DNA of 64,000 nt from a virus, in the IMG/VR virus record IMGVR_UViG_3300044833_000114, positions 29,932 through 93,931 of that record; one strand, 5' to 3'. Each line of letters starts with the position of its first letter. Position 1 is the stretch's first letter. Both the position numbers and the translations under genes were made by a program. A model generated the notes under the pieces. It saw only the letters and a list, made by a program, of their open reading frames with translations. It made no database searches and was not told where the DNA came from. Of this stretch, positions 30,003 through 38,144 are shown one piece after another.

Positions 30003-30183
30003 TTCGCCTCCAATGATTTGTTGTGCAGCTTGACGATGTGCTTTGCGACTTTCTCGGATATAGCTACTCCGGTGACTTCTTCTTCGCCGTCTTCGCTTGT
30101 GATGATGAACATCCCGGCGTGTAGACCGTAGGTCTTCTCGTCATCTGCAAGCTGCCATACCGCCCATTTCTGCTTGAGTATGT

Positions 30184-30444
30184 TCATGACACCTTCCTTT
30201 CGTTCTGCGCTACGTGGCGCGGGCAGTACTTGCTTCCTTGGGTTGCGTCTTCGATGCACAACCCGGCGTCGCAGCACGAAGGTCCGTAGCTTATTTCTGC
30301 TCCCGCCAAAATATCCGAAAGCTTGTGGTAGGCGTCGCGCGCCGGTCCCTCCGACTCTTCGCCGGAGAACTCACGGTCGATGAACTGCGTGTACTCCGCG
30401 CGCTTCTCGTTGACTTCAATCGTGATCGTGATCTTTGCACTCAT
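30184..30444 (-). CDS. Hypothetical protein
   Basis: GGGAGG RBS; ATGA overlap. Confidence 0.5.
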   Translation of the reverse strand: MSAKITITIEVNEKRAEYTQFIDREFSGEESEGPARDAYHKLSDILAGAEISYGPSCCDAGLCIEDATQGSKYCPRHVAQNERKVS

Positions 30445-30765
30445 GCTGCCTCCCTTTCCTGCTTCTTAAACTCAAGTTTCTGCTTTGGTTTTGGTGTCGG
30501 CCTCACTGCGCGGCCGAAAGAGAGTACGAAACCTACAGACACAACGAACCACGCTGAGAAAACTCCTGCTGCTATCATCAGGCCTCCCTTTCTATGAACG
30601 GCTGCACGCGGTTTGCTTCGCGCTGCCATCCCTCAAACTCTTGAATCTCCAGCTCCAGCTCTGTTTCTGTTTGTATTTCTGTTTGAGTCTCTTGCATGTT
30701 TCTCCTTTGCTTGGGAAGTGAATCCCGACGCGCACCCTCTCAGCGAAGGTGCGCGGCATGTTCAC

Positions 30766-31695
30766 TCACGCTGCGACTGCTGCCAGCTCCGGTTCTTGTT
30801 GCGGTTGCTCTACGGGCTTCTCGAACTTCACGTCTCGGATGTGATCGCAGGCTTTCTGCGCCGCGCTGATGGATTGCATCAGCATCTTCTTGTTGTTGTC
30901 GTTGAGCTTGAGCTTCTCAAGCCAGTGCTTGATGTAGGCCGCACTGTTCTCGACGACCGCAGGGGCGATGCCGACGACACCGCACAGCATCGAAGCGCCG
31001 AACTCTGCGACCAGCTCCTCAGCGCTGTACTTGTCGCCGCCAAAGCCATCACCGTTCGTGATGCCTTCGCGACTCAGCCTCTTGAGTGCGCCGGTTGAGT
31101 GCACCATCTCGTGGAACAAGGTGCTGTAGTATTCGCGTTGCTCCTTGAATGCTCCGCGAACCGGCGTGCCGATCAGGTCTTCGGACGGACGGTAGAAGGC
31201 TGCACCGGCGTCCACCAGCTTCGGCTTATCCGGGTATCCATCCCAGATTGCTTGCGCCGCCGGCAGATCCTCGATTGGTGCCTGGGGTTTGTTGAGCCCG
31301 AGTTCTTCGGCTAGCTCCGGGTTGCACTGGGTGATGTTGAAGACGTGCCAGGTCTTCCAGTACCCGGCGCGCGTGGTGCCGTCCTCGCCCGTCTCTTCGT
31401 TCCTGCTCTTGCGGTCATAAACTGCGTACTTGCAGATCGCAGTTCCCTTCTCACCCTTCATGACGTGACCGCCCAGGTCCTTGGCCTGCTTCGCAGTGAG
31501 CCACCAGGGAGAAGCCTTCTGCTGCAACATGAGCAGGAAGACATTCATTCCGCGGTACTCTTTCTGACTGATGAGATTCTTGGGAAGGCCTTGACTGACC
31601 CAGGGCTTGCGCCACGGGACAGTGCCTGCCTCAAGCTGCGATATGATCTGGTCTGCCGCTTGCTGATACGGCGACACTTTCTTCTGGTCTTCCAT
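30766..31695 (-). CDS. ardC: ArdC-family antirestriction / ssDNA-binding metalloprotease-like protein
   Basis: 'G.VPWRKPW...N..S...YRGMN...W.T.KQA..LGG.V.KGEKG', 'AFYRPSED.I..P', 'YYSTLFHEMVHSTG', 'Y..EELVAE.GA', 'SAAYI..WL'. Confidence 0.9.
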   Translation of the reverse strand: MEDQKKVSPYQQAADQIISQLEAGTVPWRKPWVSQGLPKNLISQKEYRGMNVFLLMLQQKASPWWLTAKQAKDLGGHVMKGEKGTAICKYAVYDRKSRNEETGEDGTTRAGYWKTWHVFNITQCNPELAEELGLNKPQAPIEDLPAAQAIWDGYPDKPKLVDAGAAFYRPSEDLIGTPVRGAFKEQREYYSTLFHEMVHSTGALKRLSREGITNGDGFGGDKYSAEELVAEFGASMLCGVVGIAPAVVENSAAYIKHWLEKLKLNDNNKKMLMQSISAAQKACDHIRDVKFEKPVEQPQQEPELAAVAA

Positions 31696-31751
31696 AGTCA
31701 CCTCGATTGGGAATGAGTCCCGGTCGCCCTACCAAGGCAGGGCGAACGCGT

Positions 31752-32042
31752 TCACTCCGTAGGTATGTCCAGCTCGAATTCAAACGGATTGAAGTAATGC
31801 GGACGATGTATCTCGTCGCCATCCCCGTCATAAATTGTGTTGTCGAAGTTCTCAATGAACTTCTCGACGTCGGCGGGCAGATCAACTCGCACTTTGAGAG
31901 CCGTGACGGTCGCGTATGAGCCTTCAACGTGCACGATTGTATTCAGAGCTTCACTCATGCACAGAGCTATCGGGCAGTGATTTGGGTCGTCCTGTATTCC
32001 TCTCGCGATGTGGTCTTTCGTAACTTCAAATTTACGCAGCAT
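31752..32042 (-). CDS. Hypothetical protein flanked by two near-identical structured elements
   Basis: AGGAGG RBS. Confidence 0.6.
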   Translation of the reverse strand: MLRKFEVTKDHIARGIQDDPNHCPIALCMSEALNTIVHVEGSYATVTALKVRVDLPADVEKFIENFDNTIYDGDGDEIHRPHYFNPFEFELDIPTE

Positions 32043-32099
32043 TCGTCCTCCTGTTTGGGAATGAGTCCCGGCGAGCCCACCGTGATGGGCTCGACGCGT

Positions 32100-32291
32100 T
32101 CACTCTGCGAAAGTAACGAACGTTATTTCGAAGTACTCATCCTGCGGCCCCGACTCATTGTCCATGCCTCGTTCCGGTTCGTACTCCTCTTTCCAGTACT
32201 CTTGCAACTTGTCTTCTGTTGGCTCTTCGCGAAACAGAGCGAAGTCTTCTCCGTGTCTGTGGTGATAAATCCCCAACCAATGACCCTTCAT
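32100..32291 (-). CDS. Small acidic hypothetical protein
   Basis: AGGAGG RBS; ATGA overlap. Confidence 0.55.
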   Translation of the reverse strand: MKGHWLGIYHHRHGEDFALFREEPTEDKLQEYWKEEYEPERGMDNESGPQDEYFEITFVTFAE

Positions 32292-32488
32292 GCGACCTCC
32301 TGTTTTCCTGCGTAGTGGATTGTTGGCTTGCTAACGCTGGGTGGTGCGCCTTTCTTGTTGAGCACGTAGCCGTCGAAGTGCATGTCCCGCTCAATCTTCA
32401 AACCAAACGGGCCTTTGACAGACTGAAGCTCGGACAGATTGAAGTAGCCGAGTTCCTTCTCGTGGCCTTCGACCAGACCGAAGAACAT
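32288..32488 (-). CDS. DUF2958-family protein (apparently N-terminally truncated)
   Basis: 'FFGLV.G.E.ELGYF.L.EL....GPFGL.IERD.HF'. Confidence 0.7.
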   Translation of the reverse strand: MFFGLVEGHEKELGYFNLSELQSVKGPFGLKIERDMHFDGYVLNKKGAPPSVSKPTIHYAGKQEVA

Positions 32489-32700
32489 AAACTCAGTCCA
32501 TGTCTCCTTCGGGCATTCGGTGCAGTCGAAGCATGCATGCTCGGGGCAGACCAGCGAACCCTCGACTGCGTACCAGGATCACAGCGCCCTCCTTGTGTGG
32601 CCGCATCTTAGGCAACGCCACCACTTACCGAGTACGTTGGCTAACTCAAACTTGCGTTGCTTCTGACAATGTGTGCAGGTCAGCCAGCGAATGTCGGGAG

Positions 32701-32961
32701 TCATAACACTCCCGCTGACTTCGCCACTTGTTCCTCAAAGTTGCCGTGGTCCAGCCATCGCGACACAAACTTCGTGACGCAAGATTGTCCACAGACATCC
32801 GCATCGAATGCAGGATTAGTTCCGTTAGAATCTCCCGCTGCCATAATGCGAAGTTCGACGTCGCCACTCTTCAACGTAACCACGACGTGAATCCTCCACC
32901 AGTGGTTCGCCTCTTTCTTCGGCGCACCGCAACAATCGCAAACAACTACTTTGTTCATCAT
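32701..32961 (-). CDS. Zn-binding hypothetical protein
   Basis: CDCCG...HWW...DVCGQSC motifs. Confidence 0.55.
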   Translation of the reverse strand: MMNKVVVCDCCGAPKKEANHWWRIHVVVTLKSGDVELRIMAAGDSNGTNPAFDADVCGQSCVTKFVSRWLDHGNFEEQVAKSAGVL

Positions 32962-33212
32962 TGGTTGCCTCCAAAGTCGTACTCGAATGCAGCGTCGTGA
33001 CCTAGCGTGCGCAGGCCCACCACCGTCATGCTGCCGTCTTTGGCGCGGTACTCTGAAGTGTCCGAATAGCGGAATTGTTGCTTAGGCCAATACTCTGAAT
33101 CGTGCTTCCGTTGAACCCTTGGCCGCACAGGCTGTAGGGAGATGACTGTGTCCAGGGTGCCGTCATCTTCAAGACACACGTCGAACAGTACGCCGTTTGC
33201 GCGTATTCTCAT
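32958..33212 (-). CDS. Hypothetical protein
   Basis: Follows the element at 33224-33281. Confidence 0.5.
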   Translation of the reverse strand: MRIRANGVLFDVCLEDDGTLDTVISLQPVRPRVQRKHDSEYWPKQQFRYSDTSEYRAKDGSMTVVGLRTLGHDAAFEYDFGGNQ

Positions 33213-33278
33213 CGTCACGCCTCTTGGGGGAAAGTATCCCGCAAGCCCCCAAGCTAAGCCGGAGGGCTTACGCGCTAC

Positions 33279-33881
33279 TTACTCCACAGCTTTCTTCCAG
33301 ATGCTGAACGAGATGTCGAACTGACCTACGCCGTCGATGTTGAAGAGCAAACGCTTGTGACCTGCGTCGTGCAAGCGCTTGTATATCGCTTTAGGGTTGT
33401 CATTCTGTCCTGGGTGAAAGCCGCTCTCGAAGTCTCCTTCGAGCTTGATGTAGCCGTAATCGGCTGGGCTGATGTGGTCGTTGAGTGCACGGCGTGGGTT
33501 GTCTTCGATGCTTTCCAGATACTCTTCTATCGGGCAGCAGTCCACACAGAACAGCTCGCAGTCGTTCATGATGAAGTAACTGGGCTGCCATCCCCAGCAG
33601 TTAGGGCTCATGCGAATAGCCTTGTTGCACTCCTGACAGTTAGACCATTCGTCCGACCACTCGATCTCGTAGCCGTAAGCTTCCAGCAAACGAGTCGCAT
33701 CACCGGAGAACTTGTTCCAGTTGCCGAACAGAATTCCCTTCTTCGGGTCTTTGTAGCCTGGTTCCGCGTACTCGTGGGACCAGCCTAGGTTCTCGATCTC
33801 GCTTTCTCTTGCTCGCAAATCGTATGGTCCGCAGGATGGCGGACGACACAGCGACTTGCGAAGAATGTACTCTGGAGTCAT
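33279..33881 (-). CDS. Conserved phage hypothetical protein (CxxC pairs, GFHPGQNDNP)
   Basis: AAGGA RBS after the element at 33897-33959. Confidence 0.6.
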   Translation of the reverse strand: MTPEYILRKSLCRPPSCGPYDLRARESEIENLGWSHEYAEPGYKDPKKGILFGNWNKFSGDATRLLEAYGYEIEWSDEWSNCQECNKAIRMSPNCWGWQPSYFIMNDCELFCVDCCPIEEYLESIEDNPRRALNDHISPADYGYIKLEGDFESGFHPGQNDNPKAIYKRLHDAGHKRLLFNIDGVGQFDISFSIWKKAVE

Positions 33882-33956
33882 AGCAGTCCTTTCGCGTTGG
33901 GAGAATGTCCCGCAGCGCCCACACTCTCGGATGGGCGCTACGTGCTCTTCTCTCAC

Positions 33957-34223
33957 TTATCCGTTCGGATTCATTGCCTTCTCGCCCCAACCTCTGGGGT
34001 GAGGTTCTTCGTGGTCTACATATTCGTCGTCGCGTTCCGCTTCTATCTCGGCGCACCAGTTGCATGTATCGCCCTGCTCAACATCAGATCCGCATTCTCT
34101 GCACTCAAAGAAGCGCACCCAGTCTTGGCGCTCCTCAACCCAAGTCTTCTTGCTGTTGGGGCAGCCTGTCTCGTGACAGAACACGCCGTTTATCATCAGC
34201 GCTTCGCATTGGTCGCAGCGCAT
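33957..34223 (-). CDS. Cys-rich hypothetical protein (CDQC...INGVFCHETGCPN)
   Basis: GGAGG RBS. Confidence 0.6.
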   Translation of the reverse strand: MRCDQCEALMINGVFCHETGCPNSKKTWVEERQDWVRFFECRECGSDVEQGDTCNWCAEIEAERDDEYVDHEEPHPRGWGEKAMNPNG

Positions 34224-35151
34224 GAACACACCTCCAGTACTTCGCGCATCCCAGATGTTAGACTGGGATGCACACTGTGCTGGATTATCCGTTCTCCCTA
34301 CGATGTGCTGACGATACGATTCAGAGAGCACACGGTTCAATAGTAGGGAGGTAACTGTCTTTCTAGTACTGGCGTTTACCTGGCACTTCGTACAGTGTGC
34401 GGCGCTGGACGCCCTAGGCCACCTTCAGAGTTTCGTGGCGCTCTTGTGTGCCGTACACGCGGTCGTGTTCACGCTTTTCAACAGCTTGTATCAGGCGTTC
34501 AGCAGTCTCAACGGCGACCATTGTGGAATGGTTTTCTGCTGAATAAACCAATGCTGCCATCAAACAAGTTAGAGTTTTCTTGTCCATCTATCGGTCCTCG
34601 TCGAAGTGTTGCCGCAACGCTGGGCAAACGTTCAATTGGTCCGCACTGAAGTACGCGGAAACGTCTTCCGGCGTCCTTGGACCTAGGATGAACTCGTCAC
34701 TCTGGGTAAGATTCTCTTCGACGTAATTGAACTCCTGATTGAAAGCCTGCTCCGTGCTTTCGATTGCACGCCGATGACGCTCAGCGCTAGCTGGATCATT
34801 TCGCATCTGGTTCTCCCTTTGTTGGATTGAGTCCGCGTGAGCCTGACTCGGCAGGCACACTCCGGCGAAGGAATGCACCTGATGTGGCAGGCTGTGTTGG
34901 CGAGATTACTGGCGAGGTTCTGGCGAGGAAACTGGTGCTGGTGTCTCTGTGCTATCCCAACCGAATGGGACATACACGTCGCTGTTCTCGACACCGTTGG
35001 CGTTATAGTCTGCAACGCGCATGGTGCCACGCGCATCTCGGATGTAAGTTCGGTCTGAGGCTTTGATTTCAGTCTGCATAGTTTCTCCTGTTGGGCGAGT
35101 GGCCCGTGTAGCCCACCTGAATGGGCTACCCATGCTACTCGCGCTACTGAC

Positions 35152-35349
35152 TTACTTTCCGCAGCTGACGATGAGCGTGTCGCCCACTTTGGTAACGGTG
35201 GGATCTCCGCCGTTCTGGCAGCTTACGCCTACTTCGCTCACACTCAAGCGGGACAGCTTGTAGATGTATTCCACTTTGTCCTTGGCATAAGCTCCCAAGG
35301 CAAAGACCGCTAGCAGTGAAGCAACAAACAGAGTCTTTCGCTTGTGCAT
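35152..35349 (-). CDS. Small secreted protein with a signal peptide
   Basis: Basic N-terminus, hydrophobic core, AYA cleavage site; bounded by two elements. Confidence 0.55.
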   Translation of the reverse strand: MHKRKTLFVASLLAVFALGAYAKDKVEYIYKLSRLSVSEVGVSCQNGGDPTVTKVGDTLIVSCGK

Positions 35350-35408
35350 GTGTCACCCTTGACGCTAGTTGCGTCGTCCTGCCCTCCGTGAAGAGCAGGC
35401 CGCCGAAA

Positions 35409-35582
35409 CTAGCGACAATCGCCGAAAGTCTTTGCGTACAGCTTTGCGTACAGGACGATGCGCTCAAACTTGGCGAACCCATCCTCGACACTCTCAGGCA
35501 CCGCTATAGCTTGCGTGCGGTAAGCCTCTGCGATGTCCCGGAACATGTGGCGTGCCGGCCTAACCGTGGTCTCTATACCCAT
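35409..35582 (-). CDS. Hypothetical protein
   Basis: GGGAG RBS; bounded by two elements. Confidence 0.5.
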   Translation of the reverse strand: MGIETTVRPARHMFRDIAEAYRTQAIAVPESVEDGFAKFERIVLYAKLYAKTFGDCR

Positions 35583-35643
35583 GTTGTCTCCCTTGGGCGA
35601 GTGGCCCATCGAAGGCACCGTAGTGCCCTCGCCGCGCTACTCG

Positions 35644-35820
35644 CTACTCCAGGTACTCCTGATGCAGTTCTTCATCTAAACGCGCTAGAGTGTTCAGCGC
35701 GTCCGCGTCATGAGCCCAACATTGAGCGTGGAGCAGCATCCTGCGCGCTAGTCTCAGCAAGGTGTAATGGCTCACTTCACCTGTGCGAGACAGTTCCAGA
35801 GCTGTCAGCAATACTTGCAT
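35644..35820 (-). CDS. Hypothetical protein
   Basis: GGAGG RBS; bounded by two elements. Confidence 0.5.
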   Translation of the reverse strand: MQVLLTALELSRTGEVSHYTLLRLARRMLLHAQCWAHDADALNTLARLDEELHQEYLE

Positions 35821-35887
35821 GGATTCCTCCCTTCGTCGCGTAAGTAGACTCAACCTGGCGCTCCGCAGAGCGCTAGGCAAAGGCTAC

Positions 35888-36070
35888 TCAATCAATCCAA
35901 GCGAAGTATTGCTCATCTACGCGCACAGGGTTGGGCACCATGCGTAGACTCACACCAACGGCAAGGTGCGCTATGAGCACTAGTTCAGCGTCGTTGGTGA
36001 TGACTGTCTTACCTTGACGCATCTGATACAGCTTAACCTTGGCTTCGTTCAGAACGGATACGGCTTGCAT
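35888..36070 (-). CDS. Hypothetical protein
   Basis: AGGAGG RBS; bounded by two elements. Confidence 0.55.
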   Translation of the reverse strand: MQAVSVLNEAKVKLYQMRQGKTVITNDAELVLIAHLAVGVSLRMVPNPVRVDEQYFAWID

Positions 36071-36167
36071 AGACGGATTCCTCCTGTGGACGGCGCTGGG
36101 TGCCCCGATTGGTCACTAAGTGACCGCAGCTATCCCCTGCTCTCATTCAGGGGATAGCGACTGGCAC

Positions 36168-36290
36168 TTACAAACTGGCGATAGCGGCATGCATGAAAAT
36201 TTGAGCAAGAAAGCGGCGCAACGTGGGATTAGACTCAAACTGTGGCATTAACCTCATGTACTCATGGTGACAAGCGAGACGAGCAGACAT
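36168..36290 (-). CDS. 40-aa hypothetical protein (MSARLACHHEY...; absent from the ORF track)
   Basis: AGGAGG RBS; fills the gap between two elements exactly. Confidence 0.5.
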   Translation of the reverse strand: MSARLACHHEYMRLMPQFESNPTLRRFLAQIFMHAAIASL

Positions 36291-36361
36291 AGTTCTACCT
36301 CCTAGGATTGAGCCAGTAAGCGCTCGTCATACCCACTCTTTCGAGTGGGCATGGTGTGCGG

Positions 36362-36670
36362 TTACTTGACAGACTTGAGATACTCCGCGGCCGCATCAGA
36401 CTGTTCGTCGTTCTTGAAGAACAGCTTGCCGTAGTTGGCGCTAGCGTGGACCATCAGCTTAGGCATGTTCCTGGCTACGATGAGCCATTGCGTAAACGTC
36501 AGGGTAACTGGGAAGTGTCCAAGGCCATACATGGACAGAGAACCCTTCTCGGTTACTTTGATAGCCTGTCCCTTCTGTTCCGCTTTGCGCTCTAGCTGCG
36601 CAATGCGTGCCAGCAATTCTTCACGTGTCGGTTCAGCTGAAACCTGTGGTGCAGTCTGTGTCGTAGTCAT
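36362..36670 (-). CDS. First gene of the leftward block; conserved phage protein (KVTEKGSLSMYGLGHFPVTL)
   Basis: GAGAGG RBS; motif seen in phage early genes. Confidence 0.65.
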   Translation of the reverse strand: MTTTQTAPQVSAEPTREELLARIAQLERKAEQKGQAIKVTEKGSLSMYGLGHFPVTLTFTQWLIVARNMPKLMVHASANYGKLFFKNDEQSDAAAEYLKSVK

Positions 36671-37253
36671 AATGCCTCTCTTGTTTTGGATTTGAAGTCT
36701 AAAGACTTCCCCTAGACCACGCGCTAGTTAGAACGCGTAGGCTAGAGACTGTCTTTCGACAGCACAGGGCAAGAGTAATCACCCTAGTCACCCGCCGTGT
36801 GAGACACGGCCCGTAAAGCACACCTATAGCGACGGCCCGACAGCGCGGGAAGCTATAGACACACCTCAAGCGGTACCCTTACCGCATGGAGACTTGCTGT
36901 CACGCGCGATGGGCACACTTCGACCCACGCGTGATTCAGACTTGGCTCGGGAGAGACGTTTACCCTACCCCACGACTCCAGTGGCCCAACCTCAAGGCAT
37001 ACCCTGAGTGCTGACTCCCCATCCGCGGTATGCGCGATGGCGTCATCAAGTGCCTTGATTCAATCCACTGGCCATATCGTGGGCTACTCTATCGCAGTAA
37101 CCCGTTGCCTTTGTTCGCTCTTCCTGCGAACCGATTGTCTCTCGATTGCCGGTCTTTCTTGCGAACGCAGTTACTAATGCATTCGCGGAGCCAAACGCGG
37201 AATCGCGTCGAATTTTGAGTTCGAACGTTGAGTTCAAACGACTTTTCGAACGA

Positions 37254-37354
37254 AGTACTAGTATTTTGTTGTCTCATTTGACGTGAGATTCTCACACAAC
37301 TTTTCTCAAACGTGAGAATCGAACCGAGATTTGAGACGACTTTGTACTAGTACT
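37254..37354. repeat. About 100-bp nested imperfect inverted repeat (cruciform)
   Basis: AGTACTAGTA/TACTAGTACT, GTTGTCTCA/TGAGACGAC and GATTCTCAC/GTGAGAATC. Confidence 0.7.
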
Positions 37355-38144
37355 GCGCTTCAGTGTCGGACCAATGACAACACGCCTAAGCTGTTGAATA
37401 CGCTGGAGTTATTAGTTCTCGAAAAGATAAATGTAACGCGCGTGCGGAGTTATGGCGTCGAACTGCGCGGGCCAGGTGACGAGTCGCGCGTGTCGATCAT
37501 TGCGGCGCCGGGTGCCCCGTTCTGTAGCTTAAAGCAACAGCTGTTGGTTATCTCTTTAGCTTAATCAACAGGTGTCGTTTATCTGGACGTGGGTTAACGT
37601 GTGGATTTTCAGCGGCTTGCGAGCGCAAAAACATCAAGTGCTTTGTTTTCTGCAAGTTACGGCAAACTTTTGCATCCATATATGCACGGAATTTTCGCGC
37701 CGTGCAGATGTTCGTCTCGCGCGCGTCTCTTCAGTGTACAGACTGATGTGACGTAGAGTCGCGCGTGTGTCTCGTATCTTGTTGAGTTTATTAGTCTTAT
37801 TGATAGGGGACCCTATAGGGTAGGGGGGACAGGGTCTTCCACTTCTGGCGCGATTGGTACCGGTCACCTGGCTGATTGAAAACGAAATAAAAAATATCTG
37901 TACATTATATGTACTTCATCCAGGGCTCTCGAAAACAGATCCGAAAATATGTGAAGGCCCCGGGTGGCCCGAAAAAATTCCAGAAAAATTTTTGTCGCGT
38001 GTTGTCGCTCGGCGCTCGAAGAGCAGATGTCGACCAGGGGTGGATCGCTCGCTGAAAATTTCCTGTTCAAGAAAGACCCACCTGGGGGAAACTTTCCAGC
38101 ACGAAATGCGATACGAGGGGCCCTGATTTACACCCTAAAAAGGG

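Larger units (their letters stand above)
28332..36756 (-). repeat. Family of about 15 structured intergenic elements (stop - long hairpin / alternative short hairpin - AA - RBS)
   Basis: Copies at 28332-28406, 29476-29532, 30711-30768, 31707-31757, 32055-32105, 33224-33281, 33897-33959, 34822-34866 (degenerate), 35091-35154, 35359-35411, 35593-35646, 35832-35890, 36109-36170, 36308-36366 and 36692-36756; stems covary. Confidence 0.85.

Noticed and set aside
34390-34460. Additional copy of the structured element
   Set aside because: Partial hairpins are present, but the a/a' pairing and the AA-RBS context are unconvincing.
28332-36756. CRISPR array or classical integron attC array as the identity of the repeated elements
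   Set aside because: The repeats are not sequence-identical and are separated by whole ORFs; there are no cas genes, no consistent RYYYAAC/GTTRRRY cores and no recognisable IntI.
28332-36756. Elements as intrinsic terminators or known ribozymes (hammerhead, HDV/theta, twister, pistol)
   Set aside because: No U-tracts follow the hairpins; there is no CUGANGA/GAAA core; the HDV P3/L3 is absent. A novel self-cleaving RNA cannot be excluded without an assay.
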